DNA of 64,000 bases from Lepidodermella squamata (GCA_047495785.1 JBLDXI010000032.1:2976001-3040000); one strand, 5' to 3'; counted from the stretch's first letter, positions 26,579 through 39,199 are shown. Notes: generated from the sequence alone by a model not told the origin. Program-made: numbers and translations.

Positions 26579-26986
26579 TTAGCTTTGGTTTGGATAAATG
26601 AACTGCTGAGCGGCAACTCTAGCCCAGATGTAGAAAGGTTCCGGGTTCAGATTGGTGCAGAATTGTGACGGCAGGACCTTGGTGCAATCCAAGATTTTTC
26701 GTCTAGTATCGTACCTAATGGCTTGTTTTATAACTTTGTAAGTCTTCTCATGGCCGAGCTGCTGAAGTAACAAAGCCAACCTTCCTGTAATAAAGAGAAG
26801 AATAATTTAAAGATAAGTTGACCTTGAAATAACTGAACCTTTTTTGACGAGAACTTTAACTAAAGATGAGTTCGGCGGAGAAATTACGGCAATAGGCGCG
26901 GCTACAGCATTGTCGAGCGAGTTCACTGAAGAAGCAGCGATGATGAGCAGGCAGATTATTCCGAAAAATCGGTAGGTTGACATCAT
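26579..26986 (-). CDS. Small secreted protein C (same family), 2 exons
   Basis: Signal MMSTYRFFGIICLLIIAASSVNS; C-terminus TRRKILDCTKVLPSQFCTNLNPEPFYIWARVAAQQF. Confidence 0.8.
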
Positions 26987-27503
26987 GTCTTCAATGAAAG
27001 TGAACCGGTTTTCAAGGAGGTAAAATGTCAGATTATATAGTATGATGCCCTGTCCTCGCGCACGAGACGAAACGAGCGAAAAATCGCCCTTCTGGATCGC
27101 TGATTTCTCGTGCGGCTATTATTGCTTTATGATAGTCAGCGACCAGTTAAGTTGTACACTTCGAAATCGAATTAATCAATTTTGTACAATTTAGGTAAAT
27201 TCACGTCGGGGTTAAAGCTCTGCAAAAGCTAGAAATAGTCGTTCATTTATGTCTTTTGTTCCACTAGCCGCTAATCTGTCTGGTCACACGTATATAAATC
27301 CGGGCGAAATTTGTCGATTTATTCAAGGGCGGGATTTGTTTTCAGGTTTATTTCACCCACTCATCCTGGTGAAGATGCGTTGAACCCGTTTATGGAACCT
27401 CACTCGCACCGAGCGTATCTCTAGCTGAGTACAAAAGCTGTATATAATATCAAGGGGGAGGGATGGCTTTATGGTCATTACCTCATGACTTAGCTCACAC
27501 CTC

Positions 27504-28677
27504 ATGTTAAAAGGCTATTTTTACTTGAGTTTAGTTGTGCTATCTATCCATTCGAAAGCTCAGGTAACCATTGCGAATAATTTCATGAAATTAACGTAAT
27601 TTCGATTTGATGACCGAAGAACAACTCAACTTTCGTATGTTCAAATGGGCGAAAAGTCGATATGACTAGCCGGTGTGATGCTGTGGATGATTGCTTCGAT
27701 TTCAGTGACGAACTAAACTGCACCTGTAATAACGACGATCATTTTACGTGTGAAAATTCGCAGTGCATACTAAAAAAGTGATATTTTAATAAATCCTCCT
27801 TAAAATTATTTATTTTGATCAATTTTAGATATCGCTGTGATCACGAGCGGGACTGTTTTGACGGCTCGGACGAGTGGAATTGTAACCGATTTTACTGCTC
27901 ACGTCCGCAATTTTTCGCCTGTTCGAGTGGGCGATGTCTATGGGCCGAAAGCCGGTGCAACGGACTCGTGGATTGTCCAGATGCCAGCGACGAACTAGGC
28001 TGCGGCAGTTAATGCCCGATCACTCTAAAAATCAGCGCTTATTTTACAATATTTTTTGTTTAATTTTCCAGGTTGCACGGATGGCGCGTTTTTATGCAAT
28101 AACAGGCGGTGTGTGGCAGCCGACTCGAGATGCAATTTTGAGGATAATTGCGGCGACAAGTCCGATGAGGCTAACTGTGATAATGGGCAATACGTTTGCC
28201 CGCCTTACCGATTTCGCTGCGGTGATGGTCATTGTCTAACGAGTTCATCTAGGTGTAATGGAATCTTGGAGTGCAGAAACGGAGAGGACGAGGCCGATTG
28301 TCTCGACCCTACAGATCCGATTTTCCCGAATGCGAAATGCCCAACAGATCGGCCGTTTCATTGCCAAAATTCAACGAAATGCATAGAGATATCGTAAATA
28401 TTCCCAAGTCGGAAAAAATTTTTTTTTTAATTAAATAATTTTAAAAAGGCAATTTTGTGATGGACTGAAAGATTGTGATGGGGGATTTGATGAAGAAGGC
28501 TGCGGAACTTGTCAAGGTTCGGAATTTCAGTGCCGAAAATCTCTGAAATGTCTGCCAAGAATGTATCGCTGCGACGGGGATAATGTAATATTTTCTTTAT
28601 ACATCCAAATTATTTTCATTTTTTATTCATTTTAGGATTGCGGGCCTGAAGATTTTTCCGACGAGCTTCAATGCTGA
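27504..28677 (+). CDS. Secreted protein of 7 LDL-receptor class A repeats, no TM segment
   Basis: Signal MLKGYFYLSLVVLSIHSKA; repeats ending DCFDFSDE, DCFDGSDE, DCPDASDE, NCGDKSDE, ECRNGEDE, DCDGGFDE, DCGPEDFSDE; stop right after the last Cys. Confidence 0.85.
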
Positions 28678-29057
28678 GAATTTGTTTTGCTTGAGCGAAG
28701 ATAATTCCAAAAAGATTTCCCACGATATAATTTTAATTTTTGCTGCAATTTACAAACATCGTGTTGCTTATTTCTCAATAAAACTGAGTTTTTCAAATAC
28801 AAAAATAATGAGTTAGCGTGATGTTGGCATGATAAATAACGCGATGAAAATATGAGCTCAACCTGAATAATGTTTCTACGCGGTACACATTCCAATGTTG
28901 TAGTAAAGCCTCGTGTTTGCTAGCACGTGTGTTTGTGAGCAAAAAGGTAACATATGCATCGTGGTCGTGAATTTTAATTGCAATCTCAGTCTGGGAGAAT
29001 AACATTTTAAAGAATACCAAGTTATAAATTACTATTAATTAAACCATTATTTATAAA

Positions 29058-30377
29058 ATGAGGAATCGAATTCCACTCTATCAAATTTTACTTTTTTGGT
29101 GAGTCCGCTATTTTTTATGCTGATCAATTAATTAAAAAAATCAAATTAATTCCGCCAGTATTGCTCTTAGTTCGAAAGCTGAGGTAAGATCAAATTTACT
29201 CTAGATGCATTTTTTTTTTAATTTTTAATTTAATTTTTTGAGGACACCTGCAGTGCCGATCGGGGTTCGGAAAGTTCGGCTCAATTGAAGCCGAAACAGT
29301 TTCGTGATTACTTTTTCAAACCTAAGGAGGTTCCAAGGCTTTCGGCCAAAGACAAGCTGACCGATCAGCTCATCTCTTCACAGGTGAGAAAAGACCGCCA
29401 AGTGGCAAAATTTATTCCAATTCTTAAATTTTTTAGAAACCAGTTGTCATCACTGACACTAAAATAGTGGCAAGCGCCCATAATTGGACCTTGGAATATT
29501 TGCTCCAGAACCTCGGAGCTGGAAAATTCATGCTATGCACATCTGACGATGGCCGTTTCATGTACTACGACGATAAAAAGCTTGACGTAGTCGAGGGCTT
29601 CCAACCTCCTCATCGGCGTGAATTTATCACCTTCAAAGATTTCTACGACCGATTCAAAAATCGAAATTCAAGCAAGCAATACATGTATCTACAGGAAGCG
29701 TTGAACGACGGGGTATCGAAGCAACTGCTAGCCGATGTCCTCAAATTTAACTGGGACTGGGCGAATGGGCAGCAGAAACGCAATAAATGGCATGAATTGA
29801 CCTCGAACTTGCTGTTAATTGGCCAAGAAGGCAGCATCACCCCGGCTCATTACGACGAACAGGAAAATTTTCTGGCCCAAATTAGCGGGACGAAACGAGT
29901 GCTGTTTTTCGCCCCTTCTGAATTTGTCAACCTTTACCCGTACCCTGTCTACCACCCTTGCGATCGCCAGTCTCAAGTTAACCTGGAAAAACCTGATTTT
30001 AAGCGATTTCCACGAGCTTCGAAAGTCGAAGCTGTTGAGGCTATTCTAAACCCTGGTGACGTGGTTTACATCCCGCCGTATTGGTGGCATCATGTCGAAT
30101 CTGGCTTCGATGAGCCGACCATAAGTCTGACATTCTGGTACAAAAGTCCGCCATTTGAAAGTATCAACTACCCGTTGCAGTTCGATCAGAAAATCACGAT
30201 AATGCGAAACATTGAAAAAATGATCAACGAAGCGCTGAGAAATGACGCGAAAGAGGTCAATTTCAATTATATTTACGAATAAGACAATTTTTATTATTCA
30301 ATTTTTTGTTGAAGGTAACGAGTTTGTTCCGCGACTTGACTCTTGGCCGTTACGCACAATTTCCGATCGAAAATTGA
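29058..30377 (+). CDS. HIF1AN: FIH-1 (HIF asparaginyl hydroxylase, JmjC) paralog 1 with signal-peptide-like leader
   Basis: LLLIGQEGSITPAHYDEQENF, LYPYPVYHPCDRQSQV, YIPPYWWHHVES, MRNIEKM match FIH; exons 29058-29098, 29159-29183, 29243-29383, 29437-30255, ~30315-30377. Confidence 0.9.
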
Positions 30378-30413
30378 ATTTATTACGACAGGTGCTGAAA
30401 AGTAGACAGCTAA

Positions 30414-31287
30414 TAGTGCGTTCACAAACTACTTCGGAGACCGACCGCTTCGGAGAGCGAAGTAGAAACTTCGGAGAGAAATAGCAAAACTTCGGCGGCC
30501 TTATCAGTGACATTTTCTACGCGCGCGCGCAGCGTGACGACCGAAGTTTCTATTGTTCGCGGCCGAAGTTTGGCCGCTCGCTCACACACCACGCCCGGGT
30601 ATGGCTCTTACTCAGGGTCAATGCAATTTTTTTCCATTTTACCTTAATTCTCCGAATTGTTTGCATAATGAGACGCGCCTTCTGATGAGGATAAAAAGAA
30701 GCTAAATTTCAGCGCTCAGTTCACCTGATTCGCTATAAAAAATATTTGCTAAAATATTCTCGCGCATTCTCATCAAAGCCACTTTTTCCATACGAGCCGC
30801 GCAATTTCTAGATTTAAAAATTCGCCATTCGAAACCGGAAATTTTTGCAATATTAATTTCTCAGTATCTAATGCTTATCACTATTGCTATGTAATTTTTT
30901 AATGGCTAATGAAACGGATCGCATTTTCAATGAAAATATCACCGGAAAGACAAATTTGAGGCGCCTGGTACAGTGTGGTCAAGTGGCTGTGTGCGCGCGC
31001 GCGTGTTTGCGTGCGTGCGTAATAACTTCGGACGCGCTCAAACTTCGGTTCGGAGGCACTTCGGAGAGCAGTTTTGGGGCTCTCCGAACCGAAGTTTGTG
31101 CGCGTCCTTTGTTCGGTGCGCGCGCACCGCCTATTGTTCAAACTTCGGCGGCGCTGGCCGAAGTGCGCGCGTTTGTGAACGAAAATCTAAACTTCGGGCA
31201 GCGATTACGCAACTTCGGAGGCCTGTTACGAAACTTCGGTGGCCGAAAACTTCGGACGCCTCTCCGAAGTAGTTTGTGAACGCACTA
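30414..31287. mobile_element. Non-autonomous TIR DNA transposon downstream of FIH paralog 1
   Basis: 27-bp perfect TIR TAGTGCGTTCACAAACTACTTCGGAGA; many subterminal (A)ACTTCGG repeats; no ORF. Confidence 0.85.
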
Positions 31288-31900
31288 TGATTTGTAAACT
31301 GATGAATCTTTTGTCTTTCTGACTGTTAGTCATGGGTTTGAAGCACTTAAAAACTAAAAAAAAAAACAATAAAAAAATGAATAGATTGGAAAATCAAAAT
31401 AGAGACTTTTGATTAACCGTGTTAAAATCTTGATTCACTGCCAGGTATAAAAGGTATTCAAAATATTTAAACTTTCTTTATTGAAACGATTAAAGATATT
31501 GGCGAACGGCTGGCAACGAGCTGTGGCTTTCAAACAATGAGCGCAAGTGAAACGCTCAACAATAGTGACGAGACAAAAGTCCTTACAACGCGAAACCTGA
31601 AACATGTTCGTCTTCCGTTATCTTTCTCAGTAGTATCCAAGATAAAATTTCGAAATATTTACACATTTTTGATTACACCAACAACTTCAAATGGGCTGAG
31701 CTCCTCGCCAAAAAGGAACAGGAAGGAACTGCAGGCAACGGCATTGATCGCCGAAGAAGATGGATTGAACCCTTTTACTCAATAGGCCCATCTCATCTGA
31801 AGCTTCTAATTGATTTTCTTGGGCAAAAAAAAAATCCATTTCGAGTAGCTTGATGTGGAATATCTGTTTATTGGAACTACAGTTTATTTCGTAATTTTAC

Positions 31901-32058
31901 GGGTGTGGCGCGAACGCCGGTACCCAAGTGAAATATTTCGCACCCGACTCCACCGATGAGGCAGAGCGCAGGGGTCAGCGGACCGCAGTGCAATGGCCCG
32001 CCTCGCCCTGGGGCGACCGACTTGCTGAGCTCGGTTCATCCCAGTGCCAGGTAAGTTT
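31901..32058 (-). ncRNA. U1 snRNA (variant)
   Basis: AAACTTACCTGG 5' end, four-stem fold, SL2 loop ATTGCAC, SL4 GCG-TTCG-CGC; altered SL1 loop and Sm site. Confidence 0.9.
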
Positions 32059-32172
32059 AGTGGCCAAAGGTCTAAGCGATCGGCCCCACTCAGCAATTAA
32101 ACGATAAGCTGACATTAAAGTAATTTGGTTATGCCTTTTTTCTTCATAAAATCTGAAAAAAATTGACATTTC

Positions 32173-32244
32173 TAGCAGAGCGTAGTTTCGATCTACAGAC
32201 CTCTGGGTTATGGGCCCAGCGCGCTTCCACTGCGCCACTCTGCT
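32173..32244 (-). tRNA. tRNA-iMet (CAT), initiator
   Basis: AGCAGAGTGGCGCAGTGGAAGCGCGCTGGGCCCATAACCCAGAGGTCTGTAGATCGAAACTACGCTCTGCTA: A1-U72, GGG/CCC anticodon stem, ATCGAAA T-loop. Confidence 0.97.
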
Positions 32245-32315
32245 TGTCTGATGAGTTTTCAATCCCTTTGATCATTGAATTTGAAACGTCCAATAATTTA
32301 TATGACAAAAAATGC

Positions 32316-32397
32316 TGGCAGCGGTGGGGTTCGAACCCACGCCTCCGAAGAGACTAGAGCCTAAATCTAGCGCCTTAGACCACTCGGCCACGCTACC
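32316..32397 (-). tRNA. tRNA-Leu (TAG)
   Basis: GGTAGCGTGGCCGAGTGGTCTAAGGCGCTAGATTTAGGCTCTAGTCTCTTCGGAGGCGTGGGTTCGAACCCCACCGCTGCCA, long variable arm. Confidence 0.97.
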
Positions 32398-32920
32398 TTG
32401 ATAATCCAAACTTGTAGCATCCGCCTTATAGTCTCAACTTATTCCAGTTTCGATAGTTCGTAGCTAAATGAAGTAAAGCAGCTCATACGAAGGTAGCCTT
32501 TTTCGGCTCAACAGCTGAATGTCATAACCCCTAACCTTTTTTACCGGCTAGTCCCAAGTCAACGTCGATAAAGCTGATTTCACTAAATTCAAATAAAATT
32601 TGTCAAAGCAAACCTTAAAAGCACATAGTTAAGGAATAAATTAATTATTTTATTCACTAAATTTTGGGAGAATCAACTGATACGCCAACCTCTTCAGCAA
32701 ACAATGATACTGTGGTTGACAATACGAGCTGCCAAACAACGTGGCAAAACAACAGTGGTTGAGGTTATTCAAGCTACTAAACAAAAGACCTGGAAACTCA
32801 TTGATAAACTCGCTCTCTCGGAACACGGTCATCTTTTAACATTCTCTTTTATTTATTTAGAACAATTAAGCTTCTAATATATAAAATAATTCGTAAAATT
32901 TACGTTTTTTTTCTAATGAA

Positions 32921-34227
32921 ATGGCGCTGAGGAAACAAGGTGCCATCTATTCTATCATCTTCACTTTGGCGTAGGTTTGGTCTAAAAAAATTTGTGCGGA
33001 TTTAATCAATTATTTATAAAAATTTCTCAGGTTTGCAGCAGGAAGCCAATCAGAGGTAAACCATCGAACTATTTTCAAGTTCTTAGAATAAAAACCTTTT
33101 AAGGAGGATTCGTGTCGCGCTGATGGGAAAGACGATTGCTCGCAGAAGAAGCCGTTTCGAGACTACTATTTCAAGCCCAAACAATTACCGAGGCTGTCGA
33201 TCAAGGACAAACTAACCGACCAACTTATCTCAAAAGAGGTATTCTCCTAGTCGCTTCCTTAAAGACATTATTCAGCATTAAAATTAAGGAGCCTTTAGTA
33301 ATTACGGATACTGGAATTGTTGCTAGTGCTCTTAATTGGACGCTGGAATATTTACTGGAGAATTCAGCAGATGAAAAATTCACGCTACGAATCTCCGATA
33401 ATCATCGATTTTTGTACTTCAACGAGAAAAAGGTGAAGAACGTCAAGGGGTTCAAACGACCCCATCGCGTAACATCGGTCACATTTCGCGAATTTTACGA
33501 CATGTTCAGCGAACGGCAATCAAACCCGAAGTGGTTGTACCTGCAGGAAGAACAGGCGTACAAGAAAGCGTCAAAGCTGAAAGATGACATCAAAAACTTC
33601 AACTGGGATTGGGCGAATGGTCAGAAGAAACGAAATAAGTGGAAGGAACTGGCAACGAATTTGCTGCTAATCGGCGAGGAGGGCGGTATGACGCCTGCTC
33701 ATTACGACGAACACAACAACTTTTTGGCTCAGATCGCTGGGACAAAGCGAGTGCTGCTTTTCCCGCCATCTGATTTTCCGAAGTTATACCCATACCCGTT
33801 GTACCATCCATGCGATCGCCAGTCTCAGGTCGATTTCGAAAATCCGGATTTCACGAGATTCCCGCAAGCCCCTGACGTCGAAGCTTTCGAGGCTATAATC
33901 AATCCAGGTGATGTTATCTACATCCCGCCCCGATGGTGGCACCACATCGAGTCCGGGTTGGATGCCCCGACTATCAGCTTGACGTTTTGGTACGAAAGCA
34001 TTTTCCAGGATCAACAGCCGACCTTCCCGCCGTCGGCTGTCGAGCGGATCATAATGATGCGAAATGTCGAGAAAATGATTGGCGAAGCGATGGATTGGGA
34101 TGAAAAAGAGGTAATTTCTTTTGAATTTGAAACGTATTTCCGCTAAATGCAGATTTCCTTGTAGATATCTGACTTTTTCCGGTTTATAACGCTTGGTCGG
34201 TTCGCGAAGTTCCCGATAACTAAGTGA
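32921..34227 (+). CDS. HIF1AN: FIH-1 paralog 2 with signal-peptide-like leader
   Basis: TPAHYDEHNNF, HPCDRQSQVDF, WWHHIES; exons 32921-32970, 33031-33055, 33104-33238, 33289-34110, ~34165-34227. Confidence 0.9.
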
Positions 34228-35143
34228 CGACGGATACGCTACATATTATTTTATATTGGTTCCATGTTCGATCTGGTTAATAGCGCTCTTTCTCTCAACG
34301 CTTTTCGAAGATCGTCGTGTCACCAAAAGGCTCGTAAAGATGAATAAAAAACTATCATACAGAAATAGAATGTAGGCTGATATAATTCCGGCGATATCAG
34401 CAAGGGTAATTGCTCTTACAATTTCACTTTCAGAGAGCGATTCAGAATCTGAAAAAACCAATGCATTTATAATGAGATGCTTTAGCAATGCGGCTGAATT
34501 CAGCTGGGTGGGTGGGGCGATTTCGACCAAGTTTGGCACTGCGATAGGTGGATATGATTCAAAATTCAGATCAGTGTCCCCGCGAAAACCCTTGTTCACT
34601 CCAATATGAACAATTCGGCTGTGGAAGAATTGGTAACAATAGCAGAAAACTAAGGTTTACGCGTTGTTCTGATTACATGAGTAGTTATGAGGCAATAAAA
34701 TGTAACTTTTTACTTATTAGCTATCAACCTCAAAGAACCATAGAAGTGAGCTGAATAATTCTGACACAATGAGCTGACATAGGTATTGTTTATTGTTCAA
34801 ATCTGCGGCTATGGGTATCCTAATAAGCTAAATGTGGACTACTGTCGCTTTACGCATAATTAGCCCGTAATTGCATTCCTTAGCAAGCGCAGCGCGGCGA
34901 TTGTGTCTTGTCATTCGGATGAATGATTCGAATGGGCCGATTGGGTCGCTTTCGTGATTAGTGCTGACCTGGGATAGCGAATTAAATGGCATGAGCTATT
35001 AATTTATCCGCCTTCAATATCTAAATTTGTATTCAATATTTGCTTTGAACTGGATTTACCGCAATCTAATGCCCTCGGGATAGGAAATTTCTTTAACCTT
35101 TAATTCGTAACCTTTCATTGTTTCCGGGTAGAGTGTCCTGAAT

Positions 35144-35150
35144 TGCGTCA
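35144..35150 (+). promoter_or_regulatory. TGCGTCA (CRE/AP-1-like) motif at conserved distance upstream of GPCR paralogs
   Basis: Same heptamer at 35144, 37599 and 43164, i.e. 120-123 nt before the three ATGs. Confidence 0.4.
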
Positions 35151-35263
35151 GCTCCAATTAGTTCTGTTGAAAAGCCTGGGCCCGACATGCCTACAACCGG
35201 CGGCCCTCCAGAATTTATACATTTGAATTGCTCTGCATTTTGCTATTAACTCAACAATTGATC

Positions 35264-35905
35264 ATGGTTTACAAAGCAGTTGCAGAAATAGTAACTTTGA
35301 TCATTGCGATCATCGCTAATTCCTTCGCGATGGAAGGCGTGATAAAAAGAGAAATTCGTCAGCGAAACTAAAGGCGCTTTCTCGCCAGTCTTCTCGCCGC
35401 GGGAATCTACATTTGCGGCATGAGAGCTTTATCACTGCTGAGAGCTAGTTCCTTCTCGTTCTTCGAGGTCGATTCGCAACTGAACAAATGCGCACATAGG
35501 CTGGAGCACAGCTTAGAAATGGCTGGATATCTGTCTTTTCGGCTCAACCTTTGCGGCATGTTTTTCGACCACTTTCTAGGCATTGTAAGCTTTACATTCA
35601 CTTGATTTCAAATGGGTTGGTTAATCTCTTTGTTAACAGGTGCATCCCCATCAATATAAGCTATTTATGGATTCGTTTCTCATGAAAAGCGCTTTCGTAT
35701 TGATTGCTATTGGAACAATGTTTATTGGTAAAATATCTCCTTGCTCTGGTGCTCTAGGATTAGCTTGTATTCCTCATTTATAGCCGTGCTTGATTATTCA
35801 ATATTTGCCGTGGTAATTCCCCGATTAAAACTGGATTTACAACAGCCTGGTAAACATAAATCTATTGCGATTGAATTCACAAACTGTGGAGAGTCGATTT
35901 TGGAA
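35264..35905 (+). pseudogene. Orphan GPCR pseudogene (5' half only)
   Basis: Paralog of 37722/43286 with TAC>TAA at 35369-35371; similarity ends early in ECL2. Confidence 0.85.
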
Positions 35906-37721
35906 TTTGGAATGTTTGGAATGTTGGGACTTAGGCGATGATTTGGCCCTCACGTCATCTTCAATCGCAAACCAGCAACTATTGCCAACTAAGTGAAGCT
36001 GCTTCATGGCAATAATGATTGGCGATAGCCAGGTTGAAGCGTGTCATCAAGTCCTGAAAGTTACTTTTTTATGATAATTGCCGCTGAATTGAGTAATGAG
36101 TGCACATTTTCTTTGCATGGCTGTTGCCGCCCTTGACACAGAAAAACTGTAAGCTCGTGGAGCTAGTCTCAGGATAGAGGGATCTCTCCTGACTAAACCT
36201 TTAACCTGTTGTGCACCAGATTTCGTGATCTGCATCGAGTAGCTATAAAAGTTTACAATTATGGAGATAATTATTTATCGAAAGCGGATTTCTATAGGAG
36301 CTAGACCTATAGCCGAAACACTGAACAGTGGACAGGTTGAACAATATATTGGGCAACGGTAGCTGACACTGGCTTTGTGAGCATATTTGAACATTTGGAA
36401 TCTTTAATGTTTGGAAGTCAAGTCGGCCGGACTCATTTTTTATGAAAAATGAGGCGCTAGCGTCGGGAGAGCTATCACGAGGGACGTTTCGATCGCCTCG
36501 CCGCCGTGTATGTATTGCAGTGTCGTAGTATTTGAAGGTGGGCGAATACGGGAACGTTGGCTGTCGCTTAGAGCAGACATGTGCGCGATTTAACCCGCTC
36601 TTCTCATTGTGTCGGATAGCGGAGAGACCCCACGCGCCTTAGGCAGGCGTTGTCGAAGTTACTTATTCAGCATCAGCCGTTTCAAAAAGTGTGCGAGGAA
36701 GTTCTAGAAATAGAAACAACGATCCTTCTCATTTTGTCTCTGAGCTCACAGTATAGGGCAAAATGCTTTATCGTTAATGAAATTACGCTATGTGGCGAGC
36801 GAGTGCCCTTAATTACGCTTGATTAGTTTGATAGGATTTGAAAAACATTAATAAGTTTGTTTGCGCAATTGCGAAAATCAAGCCTTTAATCCTGTGCCAT
36901 TTCCATGTGGTTTCATCATTTACTTATACCTATTTATTCGGGAAGAGAATGAGGAATGAGGAAGCGCCTATTTTGCGCTCCCCAATCAGGACAAAAAGGT
37001 TAGAATTCCGCGATTTTTTCATTTAAATTCGGAATTTCGCGCTATATCAGATACCGTATAGTTTCCAATATGGTACGAGAAACTCATCGTGTTATTTCAC
37101 GAAGGGAGCGAGTGCACGCCAAAAAATCTTTATTCATGTTTATTATACATAGGGCAGGTTTGCTTCAACCAACATTATTTCGTAAGCTTCGACGCATTGC
37201 AGTCGAATATTTTGAAATTGAATGCGGACGTCGAAATGTCCTGTCTCGGATGCCACGGTTTGAACAAGTTCATATTTATAAGCCACTACAATTCTATCCA
37301 CTTGACTCTGGTACTAAATTCTAAAAATGTGACGCAGTCAGTTAATTAAGAAATTTCGATCACTAACTATTAGACTAGGTGGGTCGAATTGGTTAAAACT
37401 TCAACCAGGATTAACCACTTTATTAGAAAATCATGACCAAAAGAGCAAATAGGCTATCGATGAAATTGCTTAACGAACTTATGACAAAACTATTTTAATA
37501 ATTGATGTTTACCAGGGCATGTTAACCTAGCACAAGAAATTAGACATAAGGATAACGAACGCGAGTTCATAATCTTGTCACTCCCTGGCGCGACGCCATG
37601 CGTCATTTTCAATCAATCTTGTCCAAAAAATAGCCCGCCTACAGTAGCAAGCTAGCATCTAAAGAATAACGCTTGCTTTGAACTTTACTACTGGTTTCTT
37701 GAAATTTTATAGCGAGCAATC

Positions 37722-39148
37722 ATGATTTACAAAGCACTTGCAGAAGTTTTAACCCTGATTATAGCTATCATCGCCAACTCCTTCGCGATGGAGGGCGTAG
37801 TCAATGGCGAAATTCGTCAGCGAAACTACAGGCGCTTCCTCGCCAGTCTTCTCGCCGCGGGAATCTACATTTGCGGCATGAGGGCTTTATCTCTGCTGAG
37901 AGCTACTTCATTCTCGTTCTTCGAGGTCGATTCACAACTCAACAAATGCGCACATAGGCTGGAACACAGCTTGGAAATGGCTGGCTATCTGTCTTTTCTG
38001 CTCAATCTTTGCGGCATGTTTTTCGACCACTTTCTAGGCATTGTAAGCTTTAAATTCCTTTAATTTCAAGTGGATTGATTAATCTCTTTGTAACCAGGTG
38101 CATCCCCATCAATATAAGCTACTTATGGACACCTTCCTTATACGAAAGGCTCCCGTTTTGATAGCCATTTTGGTAATTTTACTTGGTAAGTTTATTGTGG
38201 TTTTGAATAAAAAAAAGCTAATCATATCTTTTCCCAGCTGTGCTTGATTTCGCGGTATTTGCCGTGGTAATCCCTCAATCTACACTAGGATTGCGTAAGC
38301 CTGGCACCGCCAAATCGATAGCGATTGAATTTACGAACTGTGACGAGTCAGCATTGGAAATGGGCGGAGCTCAACTTCAACAGCCCAGTTCTTTTTCGAA
38401 AAGTTTCAACCACGGAGTTTTCCTTGTTGATCTAAACAACGCCTCATCTTTCCACGGAATTATGAACACCCTAGTGAGAGACATGCCCGAGTCTTGCCAG
38501 CTGAACACTTCAACAGATGCTCTTCTCGACGTTTACCTGTCTGTTTTAATGGACGCCGAGGATCACAATATTTTACTGGCAAGCACTTGGAAATGGTGCT
38601 CCAGTTATTCCCATAGTCTGTACGAATACTCGTTCGAATTTTTGGTCATGATTTTCACGTTACTAGTCATGACGTTTATCATCATGTGCCACTGCAGCTT
38701 TCGCCGAGTCATCAACCGGTCAAATGGGCGGACCAAACAAAAAGTAGCTAAATTGAACACAACAACAGCAATTTTGTTATCGGCTTTCACTGTTTGCTGG
38801 GTCCCATTCGTTGTCCACGAAATTACTATGGCCTTACTAGTTCAGCAGAACGCCGACTCGAGTCAATTCAGTTCTCACGCTATGACGCTTCAAAATATGC
38901 TTTACACCTTGTTCTTGTCGATTCCGATCGTCATTCCGGTGATTTATGTGGCGAGAATCGGAGCAGTATCGCGGTATCTGTCGGGAAAATATTCATTTCT
39001 GTGTTGTCGGGACATAAGTGGCGAATCATCAACGCCGCCTGTGTCATCTTCAATTGCAATCCCCCTCTCGGCATCCACACATAGATTAAGCGTCGCTCTC
39101 AATCAGCATCTTGGGCGTATAGAAGGCCGACTGGTTCAAGATTTTTAG
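37722..39148 (+). CDS. Rhodopsin-class orphan GPCR (DHF family) 1
   Basis: 7 TM; TM3 KC...DHFLGI|VHP, TM6 CWVPF, TM7 PIVIPVIY; 3 exons. Confidence 0.85.
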
Positions 39149-39199
39149 CTGATTATGTGATAATTTCATAATGAAATAGACGCATGGCCTGTGTCAACA

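Noticed and set aside
30884-31279. Overlapping ORFs and ACTTCGG repeats resembling a repeat-spacer array
   Set aside because: Subterminal repeats of a TIR element; irregular spacing and eukaryotic context, so not CRISPR.
31500-31860. Possible small minus-strand gene downstream of U1 (and ORF 32650-32832)
   Set aside because: No consistent open spliced frame or known motif.
35930-36060. Possible LINE RT fragment (LQPGYR...) truncating the GPCR pseudogene
   Set aside because: Too short and degenerate to support.
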